Positions 10,290-18,710 of a DNA stretch of 64,000 nucleotides are shown in pieces. Under the pieces are notes generated by a model. That model searched no databases. It saw only the letters and a list, made by a program, of their open reading frames with translations, and had not been told where the DNA came from. Numbering within the stretch: position 1 is the stretch's first letter; every line of letters begins with the position of its first letter. Made by a program: the position numbers and the translations under genes. The stretch is taken from assembly GCA_964410585.1 (NCBI GenBank), contig CAYPFW010000001.1, forward strand, positions 96,001 to 160,000. Direction: 5' to 3'. Source of the stretch: an uncultured archaeon (GTDB lineage Archaea; Aenigmatarchaeota; Aenigmatarchaeia; QMZP01; JACQNV01).

Positions 10290-10453
10290 GCCCCTTTTCT
10301 TAGAAAGAAAAGGCCCTCGGGTTCAAAAGAACTACTTTACAAACATATAAACTATCAAAACATGATATTGTGGAAGGCGTTTAAAATTTTTTCGAACAGC
10401 AGTGAGAAAAAATTTAGCCTCCTGTTTTGGTTAAGCTTTTAGGATAAAAGGTT
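10288..10453 (+). repeat. Composite A+B repeat filling the spt4-rps24e spacer
   Basis: A-type hairpin CCTTTTCTT-AGA-AAGAAAAGG plus tail at 10288-10348; B-type GGAAGGC...GCCTCC...TAAGCTTTTAGGATAAAAGGTT(ATG) at 10369-10453. Confidence 0.85.
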
Positions 10454-10774
10454 ATGAATATAGAAATTGTACACACAAAGGAAAACCCTTTGCTAGAAAG
10501 GCAGGAAGTTGAAGTTTTAGTTAAACATGACTCTGCTTCTACTCCTAAGAGAGCAGATCTTCTAGTCGAATTAGCAAGCAAACTAAAAACAGAACAAGAA
10601 CTTCTGATTTTGGAAACAATAAAAACCAACAAAGGTCAGGCTCAAACAATAGGCAGAGTTTTGGTATACCAGAAAAAAGAATCTGTTCCAAAAGACAAGC
10701 TCGAAAAAATGCAAAACAGGATTTCTGGCAAAAAGAAAGAAGCAGCTGCACCTGCACCAAAGAAAAAAGAATAA
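10454..10774 (+). CDS. rps24e: 30S ribosomal protein S24e
   Basis: ENPLLERQEV, TPKR motifs; canonical position after spt4. Confidence 0.9.
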   Translation: MNIEIVHTKENPLLERQEVEVLVKHDSASTPKRADLLVELASKLKTEQELLILETIKTNKGQAQTIGRVLVYQKKESVPKDKLEKMQNRISGKKKEAAAPAPKKKE

Positions 10775-10775
10775 A

Positions 10776-10904
10776 ATGACTAATTCTATAGAATGTATCC
10801 AATGCGGAAAGAAAATGATTCACTACCAATGCAAAGATGTCTGCCCATATTGTGGAGCAAAACTAGATTGTTCTGATTTTGATCAGCCAGGACAAACTAA
10901 ATAG
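10776..10904 (+). CDS. Small CxxC/CPxCG zinc-finger protein (HVO_2523-like, 42 aa); not in ORF track
   Basis: Manual translation MTNSIECIQCGKKMIHYQCKDVCPYCGAKLDCSDFDQPGQTK. Confidence 0.7.
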   Translation: MTNSIECIQCGKKMIHYQCKDVCPYCGAKLDCSDFDQPGQTK

Positions 10905-11025
10905 ATTTTCCTAAACAATTAGAGCAAACTTTCCCAGAAAAATGTTTCTGACAAACTAAAGACCCACAGAGAGAGCAGGATAAATTTGCCCTCTTTCCAC
11001 AGACCGAACACAGTCCTGATATCAT
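10897..11025 (-). CDS. Small Cys-rich zinc-finger protein (42 aa); not in ORF track
   Basis: Manual translation MISGLCSVCGKRANLSCSLCGSLVCQKHFSGKVCSNCLGKSI; Cys pattern parallels 11082..11276. Confidence 0.7.
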   Translation of the reverse strand: MISGLCSVCGKRANLSCSLCGSLVCQKHFSGKVCSNCLGKSI

Positions 11026-11081
11026 ACATTATTTTTTGTTCTTTTTCTTCCTATATCTTTTGATGTTTCTGTCGCTTGTTC

Positions 11082-11276
11082 TCATAAAACAGTTCCACCT
11101 CTCTTATCGTATTGTTTACCTAAACAGTTTTTGCAAAGTCTCAATGTATGGTGAAAGCAGCTCACGCAAACATTTGCATCGCACACATTGCACGAATTAA
11201 ACTTCTCAGTTACCCTATTGCAAGCTGCGCAAAGTTTTGCTTTTTGTGAGCCAAATAACTCTTTGCCTTGGGCCAT
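11082..11276 (-). CDS. Small Cys-rich zinc-finger protein
   Basis: Four CxxC motifs; TATA-like TATTAATA upstream. Confidence 0.7.
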   Translation of the reverse strand: MAQGKELFGSQKAKLCAACNRVTEKFNSCNVCDANVCVSCFHHTLRLCKNCLGKQYDKRGGTVL

Positions 11277-11313
11277 ATTATTATTAATGTTTTGATATTA
11301 ATAACTTAGATAA

Positions 11314-11574
11314 GCTGAGATGGCGGAGTACTTAATTGAGTTTCAGTTTTGTACGTATTGGTAACGCGCACGCCTGGAAAGCTAGCCTTTTCTTTTCAAA
11401 AAGAAAGGTCTACCGTATCCAAAAGAAAACGATTTACAAACATGGAAGGCGTAAAAATTTTCGAGTTGAGACGAAGAAAATTTTAGCCTCCTTTTTGGAT
11501 TAACCCTTTTCTCAAAAAGGGTTATAGAAAGCGTGTGCCCTTGTGGCTCCAGAGTTCGAATCTCTGTCTCAGCG
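11314..11574 (+). tRNA. tRNA-Ser(GGA) with a 150-nt intron at 37/38 (11380-11529) and a ~27-nt D-loop insertion (~11331-11357)
   Basis: Acceptor stem GCTGAGA/TCTCAGC + discriminator G; D stem GCG/CGC; anticodon stem CACGC/GCGTG with CT-GGA-A loop; long variable arm; T arm CAGAG-TTCGAAT-CTCTG. Confidence 0.9.
11381..11525 (+). repeat. Composite A+B repeat forming the tRNA-Ser intron
   Basis: GCTAGCCTTTTCTTTTCAAAAAGAAAGGTCTACCGTATCCAAAAGAAAAC (A) followed by GGAAGGCG...GCCTCC...TAACCCTTTTCTCAAAAAGGGTTA (B). Confidence 0.9.
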
Positions 11575-11725
11575 TGCTACTCTTTCTTTAGAAAAGAAAG
11601 AGCACCGTCCAGAAAGAAACTACAATACAAACACACATCAAACAAAATTGTAATATACCAAAGAGAAACAATATACAATAAACCAAAGAAGGCTAGAGTA
11701 CCCAAAAAACTAATTTACAAAAACA
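11574..11725 (+). repeat. Repeat A directly after the tRNA 3' end, plus two degenerate tail copies
   Basis: GTGCTACTCTTTCTTTAGAAAAGAAAGAGCACCGTCCAGAAAGAAAC; then TACCAAAGAGAAACAATATACA and GGCTAGAGTACCCAAAAAACTAATTTACA. Confidence 0.8.
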
Positions 11726-11729
11726 ATCT

Positions 11730-13790
11730 CTATGATTTTCTGCCTTCCCTTTCCTGCTTTTTTATTGACTCTCCGATCCTCTTTCTATCTCCTTCATATC
11801 CAAGATTTCTTAAAGATGAATGCAAGCCCAAGTCGTAAAGAATTCTAGCTATCTGATATCCTGTTAATCTGTCTTCTGGCATCCTAGACAAAACATATTT
11901 GCTATCCCCATTGACTAATCTTAGTTTGCTAATCTGGTCCCTTGTGTAAGTATCAGATGCAGAAAATGGAACATATCCATTTGTGCTTGGTCTTGTTGCC
12001 AGATATCTTCCCAATTCTATTTTTGCTTTCTCAGGATCTGTTGGCAGACCAAGTCCAGATAAAATAGCATCCCTGATTTTGGGGTTTTGACTTCCAAGCG
12101 CAAACTGTGCAAGATCTGTTTTTCTAGCTCTGCCATTATTGATAAGAGGTTTTATTCCGGCCATAGCAGGCAGTGACCTGTAAAGCCTGTTCATACCATT
12201 ATGATCTAAGGTTCCACCCAAATCAACAATCTTCGGTTCTGCCGCTTGTTTTACAGCTTCTTCGTGTGCATAGTGAAGTCCTAAAACATAATCTGAATCA
12301 TATCCAAAATGGCCCAAAACTTTCTCAGCTCTGTTTAAGTCCATCTTTTCAATAACTCTTTGTTCAAGTAGATCCTTTGGTACACCGTTTTCGCCTAATG
12401 TAATGCCAATTGCAGCTAATTCTTTTCTAAGTGCTCCATCATCTTCCACACCAAAAGCTTGTCTGAGTCTGTCATTTCCATATCTGCTTGAATCAACTAC
12501 TTGAGCCTGCGGAACAGCAACTTTGACAGCCGGAGGAGCAGGCGTTTGTACTACAGGTTTTCCGTCCTTGACTTCTGCTGGTTTTTGTTCTACAGCCAAA
12601 ACTTTTGGATCAACTCCTTTTTTCCTAGCAAATTCAATTAGCCATGTATCTGCTTTATCTTGAATATACAACCCTCTGCCAGTTCTAGGTGTTTTAGAGC
12701 CCCTAAATATGGAGTATGCATCATGATATGATAAGTCTGGATCAATTCTTTTCATTCCTTCGTATATATCTGAGAACCTTACTGTCTTAGAATCTGAGTC
12801 AGAAACCGATTTTGCCGGAGTCTTTGGTTTTGCATATTTATCAATCTCTGCTAAAAATTTCCTTCTCTTTGCATCTGATATACCTCTCATTGATGTAACA
12901 TAATTTTTTGCATGTTCTACAGTCAGATTGCCTGCTTTTACTCCTCTTTTACTTAGAACTTGATATATGCATCCATATTCTCTTCCTGTTATTTCAGACA
13001 AAGCTGTAATTGTTATTCTTTGTGGTTCAATTTTTGGTTCTTCCACTATGGCGCTAGCTACAGCGCTTTTTGGTGATCTAGGTGTGTATTGATTAAGTCT
13101 ACCCAATATAGCCTCTCTTTGAGTGGGAGAAACTCTCCTCATGTCATTTAAAACATAATCTCTTGCATCACCTACTGTTATTTCCGACGACTCTATTCCT
13201 TTGTTTTCAAAAACACCTAAAATCGTATTAATGTTCCTTCCTGTAATTTCAGCTAAATCTCTTGCAGTTATTCTCTGTTTAGGATCAGTTTTAGGATGCT
13301 CTTTTGTTGCCACATGTGCTGTGTCTGCTGGTTTTCTTGGTTCTACAGCTCCAACACTTTCTTCATACAAAAAGTCAACCAATCCTTCAGAAGAAGAGAT
13401 TCCTCTGACTCTTTCTGGAGACAAACTAAAAACAACTCTCAAATCTTTTCCCTTAATGACTTTTTCTATTTCCTTCTGTCCAGAAAAACTTGCAGGCTCA
13501 TCTGAATATCTTCCATCAACAACTTTGGCTAACAGTGGTTTTTTCGAGTTGAAATCCAAAATCAGATGAGTTGGTCTGTATTCAATTCCAACAACTTCAC
13601 CTTTTTCATTTCCAAATCTCACAGGATATTCAGATACAGAAATTCTAAGAGGTTCTCCACCAACAACAGATGCCCCACTTGAAAAATTATTTCCAACAGG
13701 TTCTCCTGTAATTATGCTATTGCTCAAGCTATCCATGAATGTCGGCGGTGTGCCTTCGGGCTTCGCTTTTACTTCTACTTTTAGTACCAT
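11730..13790 (-). CDS. Hypothetical protein with internal repeated HTH-like domains
   Basis: 686-aa ORF; duplicated QRIT.R.L.EITGR.....VL...G motif. Confidence 0.7.
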   Translation of the reverse strand: MVLKVEVKAKPEGTPPTFMDSLSNSIITGEPVGNNFSSGASVVGGEPLRISVSEYPVRFGNEKGEVVGIEYRPTHLILDFNSKKPLLAKVVDGRYSDEPASFSGQKEIEKVIKGKDLRVVFSLSPERVRGISSSEGLVDFLYEESVGAVEPRKPADTAHVATKEHPKTDPKQRITARDLAEITGRNINTILGVFENKGIESSEITVGDARDYVLNDMRRVSPTQREAILGRLNQYTPRSPKSAVASAIVEEPKIEPQRITITALSEITGREYGCIYQVLSKRGVKAGNLTVEHAKNYVTSMRGISDAKRRKFLAEIDKYAKPKTPAKSVSDSDSKTVRFSDIYEGMKRIDPDLSYHDAYSIFRGSKTPRTGRGLYIQDKADTWLIEFARKKGVDPKVLAVEQKPAEVKDGKPVVQTPAPPAVKVAVPQAQVVDSSRYGNDRLRQAFGVEDDGALRKELAAIGITLGENGVPKDLLEQRVIEKMDLNRAEKVLGHFGYDSDYVLGLHYAHEEAVKQAAEPKIVDLGGTLDHNGMNRLYRSLPAMAGIKPLINNGRARKTDLAQFALGSQNPKIRDAILSGLGLPTDPEKAKIELGRYLATRPSTNGYVPFSASDTYTRDQISKLRLVNGDSKYVLSRMPEDRLTGYQIARILYDLGLHSSLRNLGYEGDRKRIGESIKKQEREGRKS

Positions 13791-13854
13791 ACAATAGGAA
13801 ATCTATACAAATAGTACAGCCATGGTTTATAAATCTTTCTCCTCCCACTATTGT

Positions 13855-14505
13855 ATGGAAATTAGGATAAAATCCTGCAAACCAGAAGAAGCAGAAGGTT
13901 TGACAGTCCTTATAGATGTGATACATTCCAGTTCAACAATTGTCCAATTGCTTGATTCGGGGATAGAAAAGCTTATACCCCTCGCAGAAAACCAAGATAT
14001 ACAACCCTTCAAAGAACAAGGCTACTTGGTTTTTGGTGAAAGGTTTTCCACAGCTTTCAAAAAATCAGAATACCTAAACTCGCCTCTTGTCGCAGAAACT
14101 TTGGATTTGAAAGGCAAAAAAGCTGTGATAAAAACAGATAATGGGACAAAAGCAGTTTTGGCAGCAAAGAATGCGTCTGAAATTTTGATAGGTTGTTTTC
14201 TAAATGCAAGAGCGCTTTTGGAATATGTAAAATCCAAAAATCCAAAATCAGTTGACCTGATTCCAGTTGGCAGACACAGAAAACAGGCAATAGAGGACGA
14301 GCTTTTTGCAGAATATTTCAAAAACTTTTTGGAAGGAAAAGAAATGGATTTCGATGGTTGCAAAAATAAAATATTCAAAAATTGGAGAAACATAATTCGA
14401 CTAATTTTCTTAGGGCAACACACAAATTCTTGTTTCAAGCTAAACACATGCACCACGGTTCCTTTGTTCAAAGGTGGCGAATTGGTTCCAATAAAAACAA
14501 GATGA
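13855..14505 (+). CDS. comB: 2-phosphosulfolactate phosphatase (ComB) family protein
   Basis: VLIDVIHSSSTI, GER, NSP, TDNGT, GCFLNA and ED motifs; TTTATAAA about 25 bp upstream of the ATG at 13855. Confidence 0.85.
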   Translation: MEIRIKSCKPEEAEGLTVLIDVIHSSSTIVQLLDSGIEKLIPLAENQDIQPFKEQGYLVFGERFSTAFKKSEYLNSPLVAETLDLKGKKAVIKTDNGTKAVLAAKNASEILIGCFLNARALLEYVKSKNPKSVDLIPVGRHRKQAIEDELFAEYFKNFLEGKEMDFDGCKNKIFKNWRNIIRLIFLGQHTNSCFKLNTCTTVPLFKGGELVPIKTR

Positions 14506-14518
14506 GCCGGCTCAAAAG

Positions 14519-14528
14519 GTTTATATAC
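14519..14528 (+). promoter_or_regulatory. Archaeal BRE/TATA promoter of the rpl4 operon
   Basis: AAAAGG-TTTATATA upstream of rpl4. Confidence 0.6.
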
Positions 14529-14614
14529 TCTAATGCACACTTATTTAGATAATTATGGTTACCCAACCGAGAACTGGGATTAGTTTTTATTCTAGTTCTC
14601 TGTTGTTTATCTTT

Positions 14615-15403
14615 ATGTCAAAGGCTCAAGTTTTAGATCTTAGCGGAAAGCCAAAGGGAGAAACAAACCTAGGCACAGCTTTCAAAACCGCTGTAAGGAA
14701 AGACATAATTCAAAGAGTTTTTGTTTCTGAGCAAGCTGCCAAAAGACAACCATATGGCACAGATCCGCTTGCTGGAGATCGTTCATCTGCACACTACCAT
14801 GGAAGCAGACATGTCAAATGGACAATGATGAACAGGGAAATGGCAAGGATGAAAAGAATCCACAACCAAGGTTATTTGAATTATACAGCAAGGGTTGTCC
14901 CTTATGCAGCAAAAGGAAGGACAGCTCATCCACCAAAAATCGAGAGAGTTTGGACGCAAAAGGTGAATAAGAAAGAAAGAGTTTTGGCTTTGAAATCAGC
15001 GCTTTCAGCTTCTGTTTTGAAAGATTTGGTACTTCTTAGAGGACACAAAGTTGAAAACATCCATGTACCTTTGATTCTTGAAAATAAATTTGAGGAATTA
15101 AAATCAACAAAAACAGTTGTTGAGGCTTTGATTGCTATTGGTTTAGGACACGAGCTTGACAGAACATCTGAAGTTAAAATAAGGGCAGGGAGAGGAAAAA
15201 TGAGAGGAAGGAGATACAAAGTAAAAAAAGGCCCGCTTTTAGTTGTCACAAAGCCTGCCTTGAAACAAGCTGCAAAAAACATTTTAGGCGTTGATGTTGC
15301 AACAACAAAAGAACTCACAATGACTTTGCTTGCTCCAGGTGGACAAGCTGGAAGATTAACAATATTTTCAGAAGCTGCGATAGAAGAGTTGAACAAGTTG
15401 TGA
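14615..15403 (+). CDS. rpl4: 50S ribosomal protein L4
   Basis: RQPYGTDPLAG, GRTAHPPK, KIRAGRGKMRGR and LLAPGGQAGRLT motifs; ATG at 14615 preferred. Confidence 0.96.
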   Translation: MSKAQVLDLSGKPKGETNLGTAFKTAVRKDIIQRVFVSEQAAKRQPYGTDPLAGDRSSAHYHGSRHVKWTMMNREMARMKRIHNQGYLNYTARVVPYAAKGRTAHPPKIERVWTQKVNKKERVLALKSALSASVLKDLVLLRGHKVENIHVPLILENKFEELKSTKTVVEALIAIGLGHELDRTSEVKIRAGRGKMRGRRYKVKKGPLLVVTKPALKQAAKNILGVDVATTKELTMTLLAPGGQAGRLTIFSEAAIEELNKL

Positions 15404-15416
15404 TTGGAGGATAAAT

Positions 15417-15788
15417 ATGGTTGAAAAAAAACCTAAAAAAGAAACAAAAAAACCAAAGGCTGAAAAACCAGCAAAAAAAGAAAAGCCTAAATTAGAAAAG
15501 AAAACCAATAAACAGAAGGCCCAGAATTTTGATCCTTTCAAAGTTTTATTGTATCCTCATCTTGCAGAAAAATCAGCAGCTCTTGTTGACACACAAAACA
15601 AAATTGTGTTTGTCGTAAATCCAAATTCAACAAAAGAAGATGTCAAGAAAGCAGTTGAATCAGCATTCGGCGTAAAAGTCGTCGATGTAAACATAGAAAA
15701 CACAACATACGGCGAGAAAAAAGCATACATCAGACTTCATTCATCAACACCAGCAACAGAAGTTGCAACAAAATTAGGTACATTGTAG
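15417..15788 (+). CDS. rpl23: 50S ribosomal protein L23 (Lys-rich N-terminal extension)
   Basis: NKIVFVVN, KKAVESAFGVKV, KKAYIRL. Confidence 0.95.
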   Translation: MVEKKPKKETKKPKAEKPAKKEKPKLEKKTNKQKAQNFDPFKVLLYPHLAEKSAALVDTQNKIVFVVNPNSTKEDVKKAVESAFGVKVVDVNIENTTYGEKKAYIRLHSSTPATEVATKLGTL

Positions 15789-15806
15789 AAACCATGAGTT
15801 TAGGTT

Positions 15807-16475
15807 ATGGGTAAGAATTTGATCCAACAAAGAAGGGGAAGAGGTTCATTCACATACTTAGTCCCAAGAAGCGGGAAAAGATACAACCCTCTATATAGCG
15901 GTAAGAAAGGAGTTGTTAAAGATATTTTACATGATAGAGGAAGAGATGCTCCAATAATTGAAATCCAAAACGAGGATGGAACTGTAAATTATATGATAGC
16001 TCCAAAGGGAATAAAAGTAGGCGATATTGCTGAAAATTTAGGCGTTCCGCTTTCATCTGTCCAAGAAGGATCACAGATTTTCGGTTTGGAAACCTATCCA
16101 AATTCAGGCCCAAAGCTTTGCATGTCTCCAGGATCATTTGCAACAGTTGTCTCAAAAACAGCAAACGCATGTTTAGTGAAAATGCCTTCAAGAAAAGAAA
16201 AAACATTTAGTTTATCTTGTAGGGCTAGTTTAGGTGTCCCTGCAGGCGATGGTAGAAAAGACCAGCCATTTACAAAAGCAGGTGTCAAACATTATTTCAT
16301 GAGAGCAAGAGGAAAACTATATCCTCGTACATCTCCAGTGAAGATGAATGCTATAGACCATCCTTTTGGTGGTGCAACATCTGTTGGTACACCAATGACA
16401 ATCAGCAGGCATGCTCCTCCTGGTGCAAAAGTTGGATCTGTTGCAGCTAGAAGGACGGGTAGGAAGAATAAGTAA
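15807..16475 (+). CDS. rpl2: 50S ribosomal protein L2
   Basis: MGKNLIQQRRGRG, MNAIDHPFGG, APPGAKVG, ARRTG. Confidence 0.96.
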   Translation: MGKNLIQQRRGRGSFTYLVPRSGKRYNPLYSGKKGVVKDILHDRGRDAPIIEIQNEDGTVNYMIAPKGIKVGDIAENLGVPLSSVQEGSQIFGLETYPNSGPKLCMSPGSFATVVSKTANACLVKMPSRKEKTFSLSCRASLGVPAGDGRKDQPFTKAGVKHYFMRARGKLYPRTSPVKMNAIDHPFGGATSVGTPMTISRHAPPGAKVGSVAARRTGRKNK

Positions 16476-16501
16476 ATAAAGGAGAAAGTTAAGATATCGC
16501 T

Positions 16502-16882
16502 ATGAATGAAATAAAATTTCGTGGACTGGAATTTGAGCAAGTAAAAAAGCTTTCATTAGAAGAATTTAGCAACCTTCTTCCATCAAGGGACAGAAGAGCT
16601 CTTAGAAGAGGTTTCACAGACGCTGAGAAAAAACTTCTAAAAAGCGTCAGAAAAAACCCTAAAAAATTCCACAAAACACAAGCAAGGGAAATGATAATCA
16701 TACCAGAATTTGTAGGACAAAGAATAGGAATCCACAACGGCAAAGAATTTGTTGCTGTGGATATAAGACCAGAAATGATTGGACACAGGCTCGGCGAGTT
16801 TGCCCTAACAAGAAAATCAGTCAAGCACTCAGCTCCTGGTTTCGGTGCTACAAAATCATCAAAGTTCGTGCCATTGAAATAG
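16502..16882 (+). CDS. rps19: 30S ribosomal protein S19
   Basis: IIPEFVG, HNGKEF, EMIGHRLGEF. Confidence 0.97.
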   Translation: MNEIKFRGLEFEQVKKLSLEEFSNLLPSRDRRALRRGFTDAEKKLLKSVRKNPKKFHKTQAREMIIIPEFVGQRIGIHNGKEFVAVDIRPEMIGHRLGEFALTRKSVKHSAPGFGATKSSKFVPLK

Positions 16883-16937
16883 CTAGCCTTTCTTTTCAGA
16901 AAAGAAAGTCTACCGTACCCAAAGAAAACGGTATACA
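16882..16937 (+). repeat. Repeat A overlapping the rps19 stop codon
   Basis: GCTAGCCTTTCTTTTCAGAAAAGAAAGTCTACCGTACCCAAAGAAAAC. Confidence 0.92.
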
Positions 16938-16948
16938 GGTTGATAAAT

Positions 16949-17332
16949 ATGTTAAAGTATTCCTTGAATCTAAAGCCAGAGAAGTCGGCAAAAGTTTACG
17001 GTTCAGGCTTGAGAATCTCAACAAAAAATTCAGCAATTGTTTGCAGATCAATAAACGGCATGCAACTTCAAAAAGCAAAAAAATTTTTGTTGAGAGTTTT
17101 GGAAGAAAAAAGTGAAATAAACGGCCGATACTACACAAAAACAACATCAACTGTCCTGGATATGATCTTGTCAGCAGAAAAAAACGCAGAATTCAAGGGT
17201 TTGGACACAGACAGACTTTTTGTCCACGCAGCTGCACAAGCAGGTTACAGGTTTTACAGACCTAGGAGAATGAAAATGCGAGGACAGCAAAGAAAGGTCT
17301 CAAATTTACAAATAGTATTGGAGCAGAGGTAA
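16949..17332 (+). CDS. rpl22: 50S ribosomal protein L22
   Basis: LRISTKNS, GRYY.K, SAEKNAEFKGLD; operon position. Confidence 0.93.
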   Translation: MLKYSLNLKPEKSAKVYGSGLRISTKNSAIVCRSINGMQLQKAKKFLLRVLEEKSEINGRYYTKTTSTVLDMILSAEKNAEFKGLDTDRLFVHAAAQAGYRFYRPRRMKMRGQQRKVSNLQIVLEQR

Positions 17333-17333
17333 A

Positions 17334-18143
17334 ATGCTAAACGATTACTTTGTTAAACAATCAATAAGGGAAGTAGAACTTGAAGATTACATTAAAACAA
17401 ACTTTCCTTCAGGCGATTATTCAGATATACTCATCCAAAGGACACCGCTTGGTTTGAAAATAATCATCTACACAAACAAACCAGGAAGGATAATTGGAAA
17501 AAGTGGGAAAAACATAGAAAAAATCGGTGAGTCTTTGAAAGAAAAATTCGGCCTTGAAAACCCGCAAATAGACATTAAGTCTGTTAGGCACCCGGACCTT
17601 GATCCAAAAATTGTCGCAAAACAAATTGCCTCTGCTCTTGAAAGAGGATACAATTACAAAAAAATTGGTAATGTTTTCTTGAAAAGAATAATAGACGCAG
17701 GCGCAATTGGATGTGAAATAATAATCAAAGGAAGCTTGGGCGGAAACATGGCAAGAATGGGTAAATTTATCTCAGGATATTTCAAACATTGTGGACAGCC
17801 AGCAAAAGAACTTGTTCACACAGCACGATTCCAGGCCCAAACAAAAAGAGGAATAATAGGAATTACAGTTAAAATCCTAGAAGAATTTCAGGATATCACA
17901 GGTGTCAGAAAAACAAAAGCCCAACTTCAGGAAGAAAAGGAAAAGCTCAAGGAAATGCTCCAAAGAAGGTTTATAGAATCTGAAGCAACAAAAGAATCTA
18001 TTGAAAACGAAGAGAGAATGGGGAAGACAGAAATTCCACCCGCAACAGAAAAAATAAAGCCTGTAAAAGAAAAAAAACCAAGAAAACCGAGGGTTCCTAA
18101 AAAGAAAGATGAGGTCCTAAAAGAGGAAAAACCTAAGGAATAG
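17334..18143 (+). CDS. rps3: 30S ribosomal protein S3
   Basis: KH motif PGRIIGKSG, AGAIGCEI, GIIGITVKI. Confidence 0.95.
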   Translation: MLNDYFVKQSIREVELEDYIKTNFPSGDYSDILIQRTPLGLKIIIYTNKPGRIIGKSGKNIEKIGESLKEKFGLENPQIDIKSVRHPDLDPKIVAKQIASALERGYNYKKIGNVFLKRIIDAGAIGCEIIIKGSLGGNMARMGKFISGYFKHCGQPAKELVHTARFQAQTKRGIIGITVKILEEFQDITGVRKTKAQLQEEKEKLKEMLQRRFIESEATKESIENEERMGKTEIPPATEKIKPVKEKKPRKPRVPKKKDEVLKEEKPKE

Positions 18144-18145
18144 AT

Positions 18146-18403
18146 ATGGCAATTTTAAGATTGGATGAAATGAGAAAAATGGAAGAAAAAGACCTAAATT
18201 CAAAAATAACAGAGTTGAGAATTGAGCTTGCTAAGGAAAAAGCCAATATAAGAATAGGCGCTTCTGTGTCTTCTCCTGGAAGACTAAAACAGATAAAGAA
18301 GACAATAGCAAGAGTTGAGACACTCAAAAAGGAAAAGCTATTAAAGGCTAAGAATCAAGAAATAAGTAAGTCAGCTCCAAAGGCTGATAAAGAGGGGAAA
18401 TAA
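18146..18403 (+). CDS. rpl29: 50S ribosomal protein L29
   Basis: PGRLKQIKKTIARVET. Confidence 0.93.
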   Translation: MAILRLDEMRKMEEKDLNSKITELRIELAKEKANIRIGASVSSPGRLKQIKKTIARVETLKKEKLLKAKNQEISKSAPKADKEGK

Positions 18404-18407
18404 GTAA

Positions 18408-18710
18408 ATGGCAGTTTGTCCTAATTGTGGCTTACCAAAAGAAATTTGTGCATGTGAAAGCATAGCACGCGAAGAGGAAAAGATAAAAGTTTTTTCTGAA
18501 AAAAGAAGATACTCACGTCCTATCACAATAATCCATGGTTTGAGCAAGAGTGCTGATAGCAAAGGTATTTTGAAAGAGTTAAAAACCCGCTTGGCTTGTG
18601 GTGGAACAATAAAAAACAATGAAATCGAGCTGCAAGGCGAGCATGTTGAAAAAGTCAAACAACTTTTGCTCAAACTCGGTTTCCAAAAGGAACAGATAGA
18701 AGACTTTTAG
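18408..18710 (+). CDS. Translation initiation factor SUI1/aIF1
   Basis: CPNCGLPKEICAC, LKTRLACGGT, IELQGEH. Confidence 0.95.
   Translation: MAVCPNCGLPKEICACESIAREEEKIKVFSEKRRYSRPITIIHGLSKSADSKGILKELKTRLACGGTIKNNEIELQGEHVEKVKQLLLKLGFQKEQIEDF

Noticed and set aside
10776-10904. rps27ae by position
   Set aside because: Cys spacing and flanking residues do not fit S27ae.
11533-11838. 101-aa ORF in the track
   Set aside because: It overlaps the tRNA 3' exon and repeat A tails; low-complexity translation.
16882-16937. Repeat A as a simple intrinsic terminator
   Set aside because: It has no 3' U-tract, carries a conserved non-hairpin tail, and occurs inside co-transcribed operons, a tRNA and a CDS.
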